Shown here piece after piece: positions 1 to 14,629 of a stretch of DNA of 64,000 nucleotides. This DNA comes from Octopus sinensis. Taxonomy: Eukaryota. Both the position numbers and the translations under genes were made by a program. The stretch's first letter is position 1; each line of letters starts with the position of its first letter. The stretch spans positions 30,380,001-30,444,000 of the forward strand of contig NC_043020.1 in assembly GCF_006345805.1 (NCBI RefSeq), written 5' to 3'. Below the pieces are notes generated by a model, which worked only from the letters and a program-made list of their open reading frames with translations, was not told where the DNA came from and did not search any database.

Positions 1-594
1 GGACTCGCAATGAAAATTCTAGGGATTAAAATTATTGGTTTAACAATTTTATTCATTTATTTAATTATATTAAACATCATAAGGTAGCCGGGGGGAAGGT
101 AGGGGTATAAAGAAAATAAAAAAAACATTTCTAAATTTACAACAAAACTAACACAAAAATCAATCCTTGATATAGAATTTTGATCACAAATGATAAACCT
201 AATTCCCTCATTGAAATATGTTCTTCATAATTAGATTTTTCAATTATTCATTGGTTATTTCTCATTGTGATTGCAATATCTCATTGGAACCAGCCAAATC
301 TAACGAGCTTCCTATTCTCTTATTATATCTATTTTTGTTGTTGTGGTTGTTGTTATTGAGGCTTCTGACTTTTCCTTATAATTTCAAAAATATGTTATTA
401 TATCATTTTTAGACTTTTGTGTTATTAATTATCGGCAAATATTTTCTGATATTCTTGAAAGTTTACCAATTTTTATTTTTTTTCACAGATTCCCTTCCAA
501 TAAAGAAATAGTTTATCTTTCTCAAAATATTTGCAAAATCAATCTATATGGAAATAAAATGCTTAAAATGTTAGACAACGAGTGAGAAGGGGCA

Positions 595-625
<31 letters not shown>

Positions 626-948
626 AGTACAAACACATGCATGCACACACACACACACACACACAAGTACACATACATACACACACACACAGAGTAAGGA
701 TCAAGTTGATTGGAACTGCGCAATAAATTTGGTTCTACTATCAGAACAGAATCACATCATCGGTAATCAGCTGTTATTCTTAAAAATGCTTTTAAATAAT
801 AACTTTAGTTTAGCAGATTAATGCCATGTGTGTATATAAATATATATTATATACCATGTATTTATATATATAAATATCTATTATATATAATATATAAATA
901 TATATTTATATACAGACACGCACACACAAAAATGTGTGCATATATATA

Positions 949-984
<36 letters not shown>

Positions 985-989
985 CAGAC

Positions 990-1020
<31 letters not shown>

Positions 1021-4000
1021 CAGACATGTGTGTGTATGTGTGTGTGTGTTGCAAAAGAAAAGGAAAAGCAGATATTAGATAACAAAGAATTATAGTGTAT
1101 CAAGATTTCCAAGATAGCGGCAGCAGAATGGTAAAATGATATTAATGGCATTAGAGAAAGAAAGAAAAAAAAAGACTCAACATTAAAAAAAAAAAAGACA
1201 GGTATAAAAACAAACATAGAAACAGTGAAAAAAAATGTTAAAAGTATATTTTAAAATATCAGGAAATGGTTTTGATTAATGACAGAAGAAATTGTAATGG
1301 AGAAGAGAGTGGAGTACATAATTTTAGATTTCATTTTAACCCCTTCCTGCTCACACACACACACACACGTATACACACACACACACACACACATGTATAT
1401 GCATATTATGAAAGACATTGCGCATGTGTTTGTTTCTTTTACGTTTGAGAATAACCAGGAATTTGTTGGGAAATCTAATCTTTTACCTTTTGGTTGTTTC
1501 AGTCATTGGATTGCAGCCTTAGAAGGTTTTAGTCAAACAAATTGACCCCAATATTTATTTATTTTGTAAGTCTAGAAATTACTTTATCAGTCTCTTTTGC
1601 TGAACTGCTAAGTTACAGGAATGTAAACAAACCAAAACCAGCTGTCAAGCATTGGTGGTGCGGACAAACACAATACAAAGACAAACCTACATACGTATCT
1701 ATAGCAGGTAAAAGTATATCAGAATAAAAGCATAAACAGGTGAACAGCTGGTATCAGGTCCGATTACAACGTTTATATATTGAAACACTGAGATAAAATG
1801 AGGGCAGAATTGAGTGTTACAGGAGTTTGAATCACAGGAAGTTGATACAGGATCAACTGAAGAATGTTCATAATGGTTAAGGTATCTGCTGGTATTCTCT
1901 CAGAATAGTTATATGCTCAGTCAAAATTACTGGTATTACTGGTCCAAGGTTGGTCATTGTAGGTAGAATCATAGCTTCACCTAATACCAATAATTTTGAC
2001 TTACTGCATAATTGTTCCAGGAGCATAGCAGCATATGACCATTATGCACATTCTTCAGTTGATCTTCTGTGAATTCCTTGGTGATCTCCTCAAAGATTCA
2101 ATTCTAACCTCTGCTTGTGCCAATGTTTAAGAAGATAAATATTCTGATCTGATTCCAGTTGTTTTGCCTGCTCATGTTTTCAGAGTCATTTCACTCAATG
2201 ACACTGAGCACTCAGCTGGAATTTGTTTAGAAGCACAAACTATGATTCTCTGTAGCAGCTGCTGACCATTTTTTACCATCTCTAGGGGCATTTTTGCCTG
2301 GTTTCCTGAAGCTGTTTCCACAGCCATTCTCCTGCATTTGAGATTCTCTTAATTTATAACAATATGACAACTCACTCGACACTTCAATATTTGTTCCTAT
2401 ATATCCATTGGAAGAATTTGAAGCCAATGAGGAAATACATTCTGGTAATATGGGATGAAACATGGTCGTATCTTTATGATCTGGAAATGAAGGTTCAATC
2501 CAAAGAATAGCATCACCTATAACCAGTCTCATGATACAAAATTGTTTATTCCATGATAAAGAAAAGAACCAAATCCTCAGAGTTCTTTATTGATTGTCCA
2601 AGGGGAAAAAATGTAAAGCTGACCTCAGTGAGATTTGAACTCAGAAAGCAGAGAAACAAAACCAACACCTCAAGGCCTACTATTCAGTGCTCTAATGACT
2701 CAACTAATTCGCAGTATATAAGATTTAGCTATTAATTGTCAGTAAATAATTTACAGTGAATTAAGTGAGGAAGCAAAGTAAATTAAATAAATCATTAAAT
2801 AAAAAATAAATAAATAAACTACTTTTATTTTCATTATTAAAAACAGATTATTTTAAAAAAATATTTGAAGAAAAAGAATTAAAATTAAAGAATAATTAAA
2901 AATAATTAAATAGAAATCAAAATAAGGAGAAAAATAAATCACTGTTAAATTGTGTTTGAAATAAAAAGAAAAGCACCCCAAAACTTAATGTATTCAGAAA
3001 TAAATTTTAATTAAAAATTTAATTAAAAGTATTACAAAATATACTTCTTATGCAATTAACGAACATTGGTTTAGCTGAAACAACATCATATCTTATGAGA
3101 AAATTTCCAAAAAAAACAAAACTAAATAAAAACAACCGAATATATTCATAAAACATTCTTAAAAATTATTAAATGGCAAAAATTGATGGAGTATTGGATG
3201 AAATGTCTTGGCATATTTGGTTCTAAACCGTTATGTTGAGGAACTTAAATTCGATGCTTATGAACAGAATTAATCTCAAGAATATGAATTATAAATTAGA
3301 AGTGTGTAATTTGATGATAGAAGTAGAACAGCAGCCTTTAATGAGTGGTTAAGTGACTACGACATTGTCTGTGATCCTCCTGTGATATGTGGAGAGAGAG
3401 AGAGTTGTTAGATTCACAGGAGACACAGGAGACACTTGATGCATTTTGGTGCAATCAGTAAATACAATCACTTAGAATACAACAGATATAAGGTTCACAA
3501 CCCATGGGAAGATGTTTTCTCTCTTTCTCTCCTAGATCAGTGAATGGTAATGCCTTGTATACACATTCACACACACACACACACACACGCATACATTTCA
3601 TTCATTCAATCATCATCATCATTTAATGTCTGTTGTCCATGCCGACATGGGTTGGACAGTTTGACCAGGGTTGGCAAGCTGGAAGGCTGCACCAGGCTCC
3701 AGTCTGTCTTGGCATGGTTTTCTATGGCTGGATGACCTTCCTCATGCCAACCACTCTGAGAATGTAATGGGTGCTTTTACGTAGCACCGGCACGGGTGCC
3801 ATTTGCGTGACACTGGTATCTGTCATGATTGTGATTTTGCTCAGCTTCATGGGTCTTCTTCTCAAGCATGACATAATGCCAAAGGTCATGGCCATTGCCT
3901 CTGTGAGGCCCAACATTCAATATCTATATGAACCATTTCTTTTTATTCATGGAAATTATTTTGCTTTACCTGTGTACTGTGTGTGTGTGCGTGTAAGACT

Positions 4001-4605
4001 GTATATGTGCAAGGGTATGAGTGTACATATGTCAGTGTATGGGCATCTGTGTGTGTGTGTGTGTATACATCCATGTGTGAAGGGGTGTATGTGCATGTGA
4101 AAACGTGCATATGTATGCACACACCACTGCCTGCCTCTAGACATAACTGTCGACATGCACGTGTATACGAATGTATGGGTATGCATCTCTATGCAGACAT
4201 ATATGTGTGTATGTACATATGTATATGTGTAGGCGTGTCTATGTGTGTATGCCTATATGAATATCCATGGAGATGTGTCTACGCATGGTTGTATGTGTGT
4301 GTGTGTAGGTGTGTGTGTAGGTGTGTGTGTAGGTGTAGGTGGGCCTAAGTGTATACTAGTGAATAACTCTGTTGTTGTAGTTATCATTATAGTAGTAGCA
4401 GCAGCAGTAGTAGTAGTAGCTATTGTTGTTGTTGTTGTTAAATATCGGAATTAAATAATAAAACATTATTACAAGTTGACATTTTCTGTCAAATATGTTT
4501 CTGACATTTTGAAAGGGAGGAAAAAACAGAATCAGCAAAAAAATAAACAAACGACTAATCCCCACCCACCCGCCAAAGAAGTATGTGTGTGTGTGCATAT
4601 ATATA

Positions 4606-4660
<55 letters not shown>

Positions 4661-6169
4661 CACACACCACACATATATATAAATATATACGTACATATAT
4701 GTAAACATTTATATATACATATATCTATGTGTGTGCTTGTGTGTCTTTGTGTCTGTTTTTGTCCCCCACCACTGCTTGATAACCTGTGCTGGTTTGTTTA
4801 TGTTCCCTATAACTTAGTGGTGCAGCAAAAGTGACCGATAGAATCAGTACCAGGCTTTGAAAACAAAATGTCCTGGGGTTGAGTCATTCGACTAAAAGTT
4901 CTTCAAGGCAGTGCTCCAGCATGGCCGAAGTCTTATGACTGAAACAAGGAAAAGATGAAAGACAGGCATGAATGTGCATTGCTGTATGTCCACACATTTG
5001 TTTACGTTTGTGCTTTTCTGAAGATCTCACCCTAAAAACAGTCATTTCTCCTGTAAAGAATTTGTCCATTGTCACCTTTGGAACTGTGAAATACAGAACA
5101 CTTGACGTGAAAACCAAGCTGAAATGGCTTACAATCACAAGGGGTTGACTGAATACACGGCTCATCAGAGTCACACACACACAGGAATGCATATATCTTC
5201 ATCATCATTTTAATGCTTACGCTTCCCATGCTTGCATATAGGGCAGACAGAATATCATGGGGCATATTTTCCATGGCTGGATGCCCTTCCAGTCACCAAC
5301 CTTCAACTGTTTCCAAGCAAACCAATGTTTCTACATGGCCAGACATGTTTCGAAGGAAGATTGGAAGTGAACAACAACATTTCTATGATGATGATGATGA
5401 TGATGATGATGCTCAATTATAACCATCACATGATTTAAAGATACACGCACACACAATTTACATGTGTATGTGTGTGTGTCTACATACACACACACACACA
5501 CATGCACACAACACACACATGCACATACACCAATATATGTGTCCATGTGCATGTGTGTTTGCACACATTGTGTCTGCATGCATGTGTGTGTGTGTGTGTG
5601 CATGTTTGCGTGCATGTGTGTATATATATTATATATATATATACATATTCTATTTGTGTACATGTATTTCTGCGACCTCCTCCCCACCAGATATTTGCCA
5701 ACATCAACGACACACGTGAAGCAGCAGTCACGTATTTCTCATCAATTTTATTCAAAAGCATTTTCCAGTTGGTTTTTCCCCATTTTTTTCCCTTCCCAAC
5801 CGATTTTCATCTTCTGTCATCTTAACTCTTGCACACAATACCCTGTATCAAGTGGGGACGGTGGGGGTGGGTGGGGGTGGGGATAATGATAACAACGATG
5901 ATGGTGATTGAAGATGATGATGATGATGATGCTGGTGTATCCCTGCACTGGTGGTGACGGTGGTGGTGATGTTCAGCTCGAGGTTGACATTGATCAACAA
6001 GACATGTGATCAAAGGCATTTCAACCAGGGCCATCCACCCTCTTTCAAGATGATGATGACAACACCAATAACATGGACAATGTTGATGTGGCGTTGATCT
6101 TGTTGATGAAGATAGTGGTGATGGGGATTATAATGGCGATGATGATGACGATGATGATAATGATGCTGG

Positions 6170-6183
6170 TAACATATATATAT

Positions 6184-6235
<52 letters not shown>

Positions 6236-6588
6236 ATATATATATATATATATATATATCCATATATATATATATATATATATATATCCATATATATATA
6301 TATATAATATATTCCATATATAATTATATTATATCCATAATATATATATATATATCCTATATATATATATATTTATCCATAATATATATACATATATATT
6401 ATATATATATATATAAATTAATATATATATATATATATCCATATATATATAAATATCTATATATATATATATATCCATATATATATATATACACACACAC
6501 TATATATAATACACATATATGTACACATATATATACACTATACATATATACACACATATATATATACACATACATATATATGTGTGTG

Positions 6589-6637
<49 letters not shown>

Positions 6638-6700
6638 CATGATGATATATACATACATACATACATATACACACACACACATAAATATATATATAAATCA
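6170..6700. repeat. (TA)n-rich compound microsatellite (one of many in the window)
   Basis: Seen directly in the sequence. Confidence 0.95.
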
Positions 6701-7247
6701 AAAGGATGTGTTATACTACTATCCCAGATATACACCAACAATCCAACATACCTCCATCATCAGCTGCCCCACGGATATCATTATAGTTTCGACACCTGGC
6801 CAGCACCATTCAATCTGGTGGTGTCAACAGCACAAAAATAAGTGTTGTTTGGGAACAAAGAAACCAAAGAAACCACAACTTTCAAACACATCCACCCAAC
6901 GTACAACTGCATTGATAAATAAATTCAATAAGTAAATTACAACCACTCCTTCAATACGTAACACCAACAACTCTATTAAGTCATACAAAATTTATAATCC
7001 CTTCTGTCTTCCGTGGTGCAATATAAACGTAAAAGCTTAATAACCTCATTATTTCAATCAATCAATAAATAGGCAGGATTAAAGACTAACTTTAATGAAA
7101 CTACAACAAAGACATACATAAGCCAGTAAGTTGTAGAAACCATGCCAAAACAGATTTTGGGACTTGATGCAGTTCTTGAATGGATCGGTTCCTGTCCAAC
7201 CCATGTCAGCATGGAACATGGACGTAAAATGATGATATATATATATG

Positions 7248-7294
<47 letters not shown>

Positions 7295-7296
<2 letters not shown>

Positions 7297-7524
7297 TTCT
7301 TTACTACCCACAAGGGGCTAAACACAGAGGGGACAAACAAGGACAGACAAAGGGATAAAGTTGATTACATTGACCCTAGTGTGTAACTGGTCCTTAATTT
7401 ATCGACCTCCAAAGGATGAAAGGCAAAGTCAACCTCGGCGGAATTTGAACTCAGAACATAACGACAGACGAAATACGGCCACACATTTCACCCAGCGTGC
7501 TAACCACTCTGCCAGCTCGCCGCC
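7295..7524 (-). mobile_element. tRNA-derived SINE
   Basis: GGCGGCGAGCTGGCAGAGTGGTTAGCAC (A-box-like) ... GAGTTCAAATTCCGCC (B-box), followed by the TTTGCCTTTCATCCTTT..GGTCGATAAATTAAG body found many times in the window. Confidence 0.8.
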
Positions 7525-9156
7525 TTTATGAAAAGATATATATATATATATATGTGCATGTGGGTGTGTCTTTCCTTGTGTATCTATTTGTCCCCCACCA
7601 GTGCTTGACAACTGGTGTTGGTTTGTTTCCATCCTTGTAACTTAGCAGTTTTGGAAAAGATAGCAACAGAATAAGTATGAGGTTTAAAAACAAGTCCTAG
7701 GGTCGATTTGTTCAGGTAACCCCTTTAACGCAGTACCCCAGATAAAGATGAAAGACAAAAAAAAAACAAAATATGATGCAAAAGAAAAAGAAAACTTTCT
7801 TGAGAGAAAGTAACAAGTGTTGACTTAGAAGAAAAAAACCCCAAAAAACAAAGACAAAATCTTGAGATTTCCTTCATTTATGCAAATTCCGTTTTCAGGA
7901 AAAAGCATCAACAAAATTAGTTCAGGAATTGCAATCATGGAATTCAGCAGACACGGCTATGCACATATGTGCAAGCGTGCAGGCATGCATGCGTGCGTGC
8001 ATGAAATGCGAGAGATGAAGAGGAGAGAATGCACTTGGAAATCTGAAAAGTCCTTCCGTCATTAAATCGCAATCTAATTTGTGAGATGGAATCAAAAATA
8101 AGTTTTCCAAAATTCCTGTTTCTTATGTTCGCTGCAGCATAATTAGAAGTCTCGTTATTGTTTTGTAGCAATAAAATCTGCTAATTAGCAGGGAAAGTAG
8201 TATTATGGTTAGCATAGAAATTAGGTGTACTAAATCAATACGGTGGTGGTGGTGGTGGGGTTGGTGGGAATTGTGATAACTGCGGAGGTGGTGGTAGTGG
8301 TGGTAATGGTGGGAGTGGTAATGGATGTGGCAGTGGTTGAGGTGGTGGTAGTGGTGGCTGTGATGGTGGGAGTAATAAAGAATGTGGTGATGGTGATGAT
8401 GATGGTAGTGATGGTGGTGGTGGTGGTATAGATTTTGATGAAAGTGTTAGACTAGCAATGGTGGTGCTGGTGGTGGTAACGGTAAGGTATTGGTGCTGGC
8501 GATAGTAGTGGTTATTGTTGTTGTTGCTGTTAGCTTGAGGTCAATCCTCATCAAGCAGACCTATGATCAAAGACATTCCAGCCATGACCATACTGTCTTT
8601 TTCCTCTGTCCAAGAAACCCAAGACCACTTTATCCAAAGTGTCCTTTTCCTAACTTGAGTGGTTCAGGATTTAAAGGAAATTCAGCTACTATTTCCAGCA
8701 TGTCGAGCAACCACATAGAGGCTCCCTCTTTGGCTAGAAATGGTATTGGTGGTGGTGGTGGTGGTGGTTGATGGCTAGTTGTGGTGTAGTAGTAGTATCA
8801 GTGGTGATGGTTGCAGTAGTGGCAGTGAGGATGGGTGTGGTGGGGTGGGCATGGTAGCCTTGGTTGTGGTGGTGGTGGTGGTGGTGGTGGTGGTGATGAT
8901 AAAATCGTTGGTGGTGGTGATGGACTTAGCGGTGGTGGTGGGGTTGGTTTTGGTGATAGAATTGTTGTTGTTGTTGCTGCTGTTGGTGGTGGTGGTGGTG
9001 GTAGTGGTGAGGATGGAGTTCATAATGGTGGTGGTGGTGTACTGGCAATATGGCTGCAGAAGTAAGCAGCAGCAGCAGCAGTAGTAATATTAGTAGTTTG
9101 TAAATTGAAGGTGTTAGTAGCAGTAGCAGCAGCAATAGTAGTAGTAGTAGTAGTGA

Positions 9157-9191
<35 letters not shown>

Positions 9192-9310
9192 ATAGTGATA
9201 GTGATAGTGGTGGTGGTGGTGGTGATTGCAGCAGTAGTAATATGAGTAGTTTGCTAATTGGTGATTATGGAACTGTTGTCATTGTCAGTGTTGTTGTTGT
9301 TGTAGTTCGT

Positions 9311-10300
9311 GGTGGAGGCAGTGGAGGTGGTGGTGGTGGAGGCAGTGGAGGTGGTGGTGGTGGAGGCAGTGGAGGTGGTGGTGGTGGAGGCAGTGGAGGT
9401 GGTGGTGGTGGAGGCAGTGGAGGTGGTGGTGGTGGAGGCAGTGGAGGTGGTGGTGGTGGAGGCAGTGGAGGTGGTGGTGGTGGAGGCAGTGGAGGTGGTG
9501 GTGGTGGAGGCAGTGGAGGTGGTGGTGGTGGAGGCAGTGGAGGTGGTGGTGGTGGAGGCAGTGGAGGTGGTGGTGGTGGAGGCAGTGGAGGTGGTGGTGT
9601 GGAGGCGGGAGGTGTGGTTGTGGAGCAGTGGAGGTGTGGTGGTGCTGTGGAGGTGGTGTGGTGGAGGCAGTGGGGATGTGGTGGTGGTGGAGGCAGTGGA
9701 GGTGGTGGTGGTGGAGGCAGTGGTGGTGGTGGTGGTGGAGGCAGTGGAGGTGGTGGTGGTGGAGGCAGTGGAGGTGGTGGTGTGGAGCAGTGGAGGTGGT
9801 GGTGGTTGAGGCAGTGGAGGTGTGGTGGTTGAGGCAGTGGAGGTGGTGTGGTGGAGGCGTGGAGGTGGTGGTGGTTTAGGCAGTGGAGTGTTGTTTGGTG
9901 GTAGGCAGTGGAGGTGTGTGGTGGTTGTCAGTGGAGGTGGGGTGAGGGCAGGAGGTGTGTGGTGGAGGCAGTGGAGGTGGTGGGGAGGCAGTGGAGGTGG
10001 TGGTGGTGGAGGCAATGTGGAGTGGTGTGTGGAGGCAAGATCTGGTGGTGGTAGGGTGTTGAGGCAGAGTGGAGTGGTGTGGTGGAGGCAGTGGCGGTGG
10101 TGGTGTTGAGGCAGGTGGAGGTGGTGGTGGGAGCAGTTGAGTGGGGTGGTGGTGGAGGCAGTGAGGTGGTGGTGGTGGCAGGGCAGTGGTGTGGTGGAGT
10201 CAGTGGAGGTTGGTTGTTTGTGAGGCAAGGGAGGTGGTGGTGGTGGAGGCGTGGAGGTGGTGGTGGTGGAGGCATTGGAGTGGTGGTGTGGGGCAGTGGA
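9311..10300 (+). repeat. 21-bp G-rich minisatellite (GGTGGTGGTGGAGGCAGTGGA)n, perfect to about 9600 and then degenerate, within a larger GGT/AGT-rich tract from about 8240
   Basis: Periodicity visible directly in the sequence. Confidence 0.9.
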
Positions 10301-11008
10301 GGTTGTGGTACAGCTACAAACAGTAGCAGCAACATCAGCAGCAGCAGCATTAGTATGTTGTTAATCTCCATCTGTGAACCAAAAACCCATCAATGGCTGT
10401 CGCTGCCATTTCTTATTTTTACCCTTTTATTCTCGGCAACTTTCCCCATCGAATCCCTCCATTGTTAAAAAGTGCAAGCATGGCCGTGCGGTAAAAGAAG
10501 CTCGTTTGGCAACCACGTGGTCTTCGCGTTCATCATCCCACTGAGTGGTCCCCCTTGGCAGTGTCTTATCTACTAAAACCCCAGGCCATCCAAGCCTTGC
10601 CATCATGTGTGTGTTGTTGTGTGTGTGTGGTGTGTATTGTGTGTGTGTGTGCCGGCGCGCTGTGGTGTCCCCTACTGTTTGACCACTGTTGTTTGTTTGT
10701 TTACATCCCCAAAACTTAGCTGTTTGGCCAACGAGATTGATAAAGTTACCAAACTTAAAGACAAAAACAAAGACGTATTGGGGTCGGATGTGTTTTTGCC
10801 AAAAAATCCCTTTCAAGGCTCTGCCCCAGCATGGCCACACTCCATATAAAAATAAGCAACCCCATCATTAAAATCTCAAAGCTTCAAGATAACCTGATTC
10901 ATTCAAAACCATTAAGAAGCTTTAGATTTGACAGAATAATCGAATTCTAAGGGTCAAGGAAAGGGATCGCAACATAAAACTATGAAGAAAGGCATTAATC
11001 TCTCTCTC

Positions 11009-11363
11009 TCTATATAAAGCTGAAGTTGTCTGTGTATGGCCAGTTTGGTAGCCTTCAACTAACACTATCTCCTCCGAGACCCTGCAGCACAAAGGTTGGC
11101 TCTTCCTTCTGTAGAAGAAAATAATTCAAATTGGACTATGTTAACACAAAAATTATTTACATCAAAAAGGTGCTTTTTTACTATGAAAATCCCTATTTTT
11201 TTACGATTCTTTAACTGCTGTGTCGCCATTTTTCAGTGTATTTCAACCAGAAAATGTTCACCTTAAAGAGAATAACAAGCTACATAATGCAAAATTTTTA
11301 CTTTCAAAAATTCCAATTCTAAGGGTCGAACAAAACCCGAGCAACGCCGGGTGATACTGCTAG
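11009..11363 (+). mobile_element. Non-autonomous Helitron
   Basis: 5' TCTATATAAAGC start; 3' CCCGAGCAACGCCGGG hairpin followed by ...CTGCTAG, the same terminus as the Helitron at 63417. Confidence 0.75.
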
Positions 11364-11445
11364 CTAGTTTAATATATTTTAAAAATGAAAGCAGAGATGT
11401 TCTAAGTAACTTTAGTATTAAAAGACTGTAAATACTCCTCAGAAA

Positions 11446-11545
11446 NNNNNNNNNNNNNNNNNNNNNNNNNNNNNNNNNNNNNNNNNNNNNNNNNNNNNNN
11501 NNNNNNNNNNNNNNNNNNNNNNNNNNNNNNNNNNNNNNNNNNNNN
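11446..11545. other. Assembly gap (100 N)
   Basis: Run of N; adjacency across the gap is not guaranteed. Confidence 1.
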
Positions 11546-11673
11546 ATAACGATTTTATATAGTATGTGTATGTATATATGCACGCATGAATATATGTACA
11601 TATGAATGTATATGCAATATATATATAATATATTACATGTATATATATGTATGTATATATGTATATATGGATG

Positions 11674-11704
<31 letters not shown>

Positions 11705-11722
11705 ATATATATATATGTATGT

Positions 11723-11763
<41 letters not shown>

Positions 11764-11792
11764 TATGTAGTATGTATATATATATATATATC

Positions 11793-11826
<34 letters not shown>

Positions 11827-12091
11827 ACATATTACAGTATATATATACACACATATAAAAGTGTAGAAGAGAGAGGTGTAGAGAGATGGGGAGGAACAGT
11901 TCTTTTCAACACAATTTACAATAATTCATTTGTTGCCGTCCTCTCTTTAATTTCGCCTAATTTTTTTTTAAAATTTTACGTCTTTTTTCCTTTTTTTATT
12001 TTTTTCCTTTTTTTATTTTTTGCAAAATATTTTTTCTTTATAATTTTTTACAAGTTATATTTTTTCTCCTTATCATCATCATCATCGTCAC

Positions 12092-12142
<51 letters not shown>

Positions 12143-12576
12143 CATTATTATTATTATTAACACATCACTTCATCAATAACAATGGATACTCTTGTTTTTG
12201 ATGTTTCTGACGATGATGATGATGATGATGATGAGTTTTTTCTTTCTTTTTTTTCTGTTTCTATTGTTTTTGTATTTTTGTTCAGAATTATTTCTTTGTA
12301 TTTCGATTTCTTGTTATTGTTTTGGCTGTCGTTGTTGTAGTAAGTATTGTTGTCTTATTGTTATTATTTTTGTTATTTTCGTAACTGTCGCCGCCGCCGC
12401 CGCCGCCGCCGCCGCCCTCCGTCATCGTCGTCGTCGCAGTCTTTGTTGTTGTTGTTGTTGTTGAAATATCGATAATCGATACAATATCACTTTCCATCTT
12501 TTACTGAATTTCTGTTTGTAATTATTCGTTTGTCATTGAACAATACTGATTGAATAGAAATTCTCTTTCGCAAATA

Positions 12577-12925
12577 CTTCTTCTTCTTCTTCTTCTTAGT
12601 TTTCCTCCTCCTCCGCCTCCTCTTCCTTCTTCTCCTCCTCCTCCTTCTCCTTCTCCCTCTTCTTCTTCCTCTTTTTCTTCTTATTCTTCTTCTTCTCCCT
12701 CTTCTTCTTCTTCTTCTTTTCCTTCTCCCTCTTCTTCTTCTTCTTCTTCTTCTTCTCCCTCTTCTTCTTCTTCTTCTTCTTCTCCCTCTTCTTCTTCTTC
12801 TTCTTCTTCTCTTCCCCTCTTCTTCTTCTTCTTTTCCTTCTCCCTCTTCTTCTTCTTCTTCTTCTTCTTCTCCCTCTTCTTCTTCTTCTTCTTCTTCTTC
12901 TTCTTCTTCTTCTTCTTCTCCTCCT
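12577..12925 (+). repeat. (CTT/CCT)n polypyrimidine tract
   Basis: Seen directly in the sequence; source of the poly-E/R and poly-S/F ORFs. Confidence 0.95.
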
Positions 12926-14136
12926 GTATTACGGTGCCATGTTACGCTGTTGGCCCTTAACTCCTGGTTGAAGTCGTAGAGGCACCGCCGTGGCGTACGG
13001 ATTGTCTTGAGAGCCTTATATATATACATATATATCAGACGGAGCCCATTTCTCTTCAGATCTGACCACAGTCGATTTCTTCGAGAAAGAAAAGGATCGC
13101 TTTAAAAGAAAAACAATTATTTGCGACAAAAGGTCATCTTTATATCCAGCTAAACGTGGACGTCTTCTTAGCACACCAAATGCCCCGGTGTTATCCTTGG
13201 GAGGTCCTCTCAGATGCGTGGTGCATAAAAGTACAGATATATCACAGCAGACGAAACTCGCTGATTATGGGCGTCGGAATTGTGTGATCACGTGAACAAG
13301 ACGCCCCCCCCTCGTTAACTTGGGTATAAAGATTCCCTTTTGCTCCCAATACTGCCCCCGTCGCGAATAATTATTTCTAAGTCTGCTCTGCTGGCTATTT
13401 TCGACATGAGTGACAGAAACGACACTTGGCTGTTATGCGGTCATCGGATGTCTCCTACTGAAGAAGTCCAGTAGACTGAAAATGCAGAACGCTACAAAAG
13501 GCCAATGACAGCAGCTTAGATACGGGATGTGGTGACTGGTAGTACGAGGTGCAGAGGGCGTGGTATGGACGCGCTTCCCTTATGCAACATGTATGCCAGA
13601 CTTGTTCGTTGAAGTCTTGGCAAACACAGACTGCAACTGGCTGCAGAACAGAAGACCCCCAGTTCTGTAATCTGGCGAGTGGCGACTCCATTGAGGAAAG
13701 ACACGAACGAAGGGAATAGAATTGATAATTTCCTGTCCATAGCTCAACTAAATACATAGATTAAGATTTTAGCCAGGCGATAGCAAAGAGGGTGGCGTTT
13801 GTCATCTTCGTTATGTATCACCGCCTGACCCTTTTCCATTTGCAGAGAAGGGCGGCCACTTGAGGAAGATGAAGGTGGAGTGATGAGGTTGGCGAGGCTG
13901 AATGGGTCGAACGGGCTTTTCTAAGCAGGAGGAAAAGCACTGAAGTGGCCGGGCAAAAGGCTTTGTGGTATATCTTACGACTCTTTACGCTCTGGGTTCA
14001 AACCTCGTCGACGTTAACTCTGCCTTTCATTCCGCCGCAAAACGATAAAATCAAAGACCTGTCAAGTGCCGAGGATCGAACTAACGCCCACACTGCTGAC
14101 GGTTGGCCGTTGAATCACCATCATCATCGTCGTCGT

Positions 14137-14168
<32 letters not shown>

Positions 14169-14629
14169 GTAGTAGTAGTAGTACTGCTGCTGCTGCTTCT
14201 GCTGTTACTCTCGGCATCTTGCACGGCTTTCACTGGCGAATTCTGGTAAATTATGCGATATGAGAGTCACGTGAGCGATGACGTTTCGATAAGGGTTGAG
14301 AGGCGAAGTCTTCAGAGGAATCTAATTCAATACGACAGAACGAACAGAAAACTGGTTGATGTTGGAAATTCTTCAATGCAGTGCTTCGGCATGGCCGCAA
14401 TACAATAATTGAAACAGGCATAAGTAAAAGAATAAGGGAATACATGCTAGAAGTTTATTGTGATCACAATGGAACACACTGGAGCCTTTTAGATAACAAT
14501 AAGCGGTGTTAAATGGAGGTTATACGAATATCTTGAGCGTGTCTGGCATCCATTCATTTTATTAGCAAATAACCGTTTACTCGTTGCCTGTGGTTATAAT
14601 ATAAGACTTCGAATAGGGCAGCGAACAAG

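Noticed and set aside
2227-2532. 101-aa minus-strand ORF
   Set aside because: No recognisable domain, and the frame closes on both sides; at best a decayed transposon relic.
5331-6935. Many YI-, CV- and HT-repeat ORFs here and across the window
   Set aside because: They are translations of (TA)n and (CA)n microsatellites.
7440-7524. tRNA-like A/B boxes (also near 14630, 16090 and 47700)
   Set aside because: They are SINE heads followed by the SINE body; no complete cloverleaf.
9242-10468. Long Gly/Ser, Val/Glu and Thr/Ser ORFs (up to 324 aa)
   Set aside because: They are translations of a 21-bp G-rich minisatellite that is open in several frames on both strands; no domain or splice context.
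11263-11813. ORFs spanning the N run
   Set aside because: Artefacts of translating through an assembly gap.
12487-13029. Poly-E/poly-R 180-aa ORF
   Set aside because: Translation of a (CTT/CCT)n tract.
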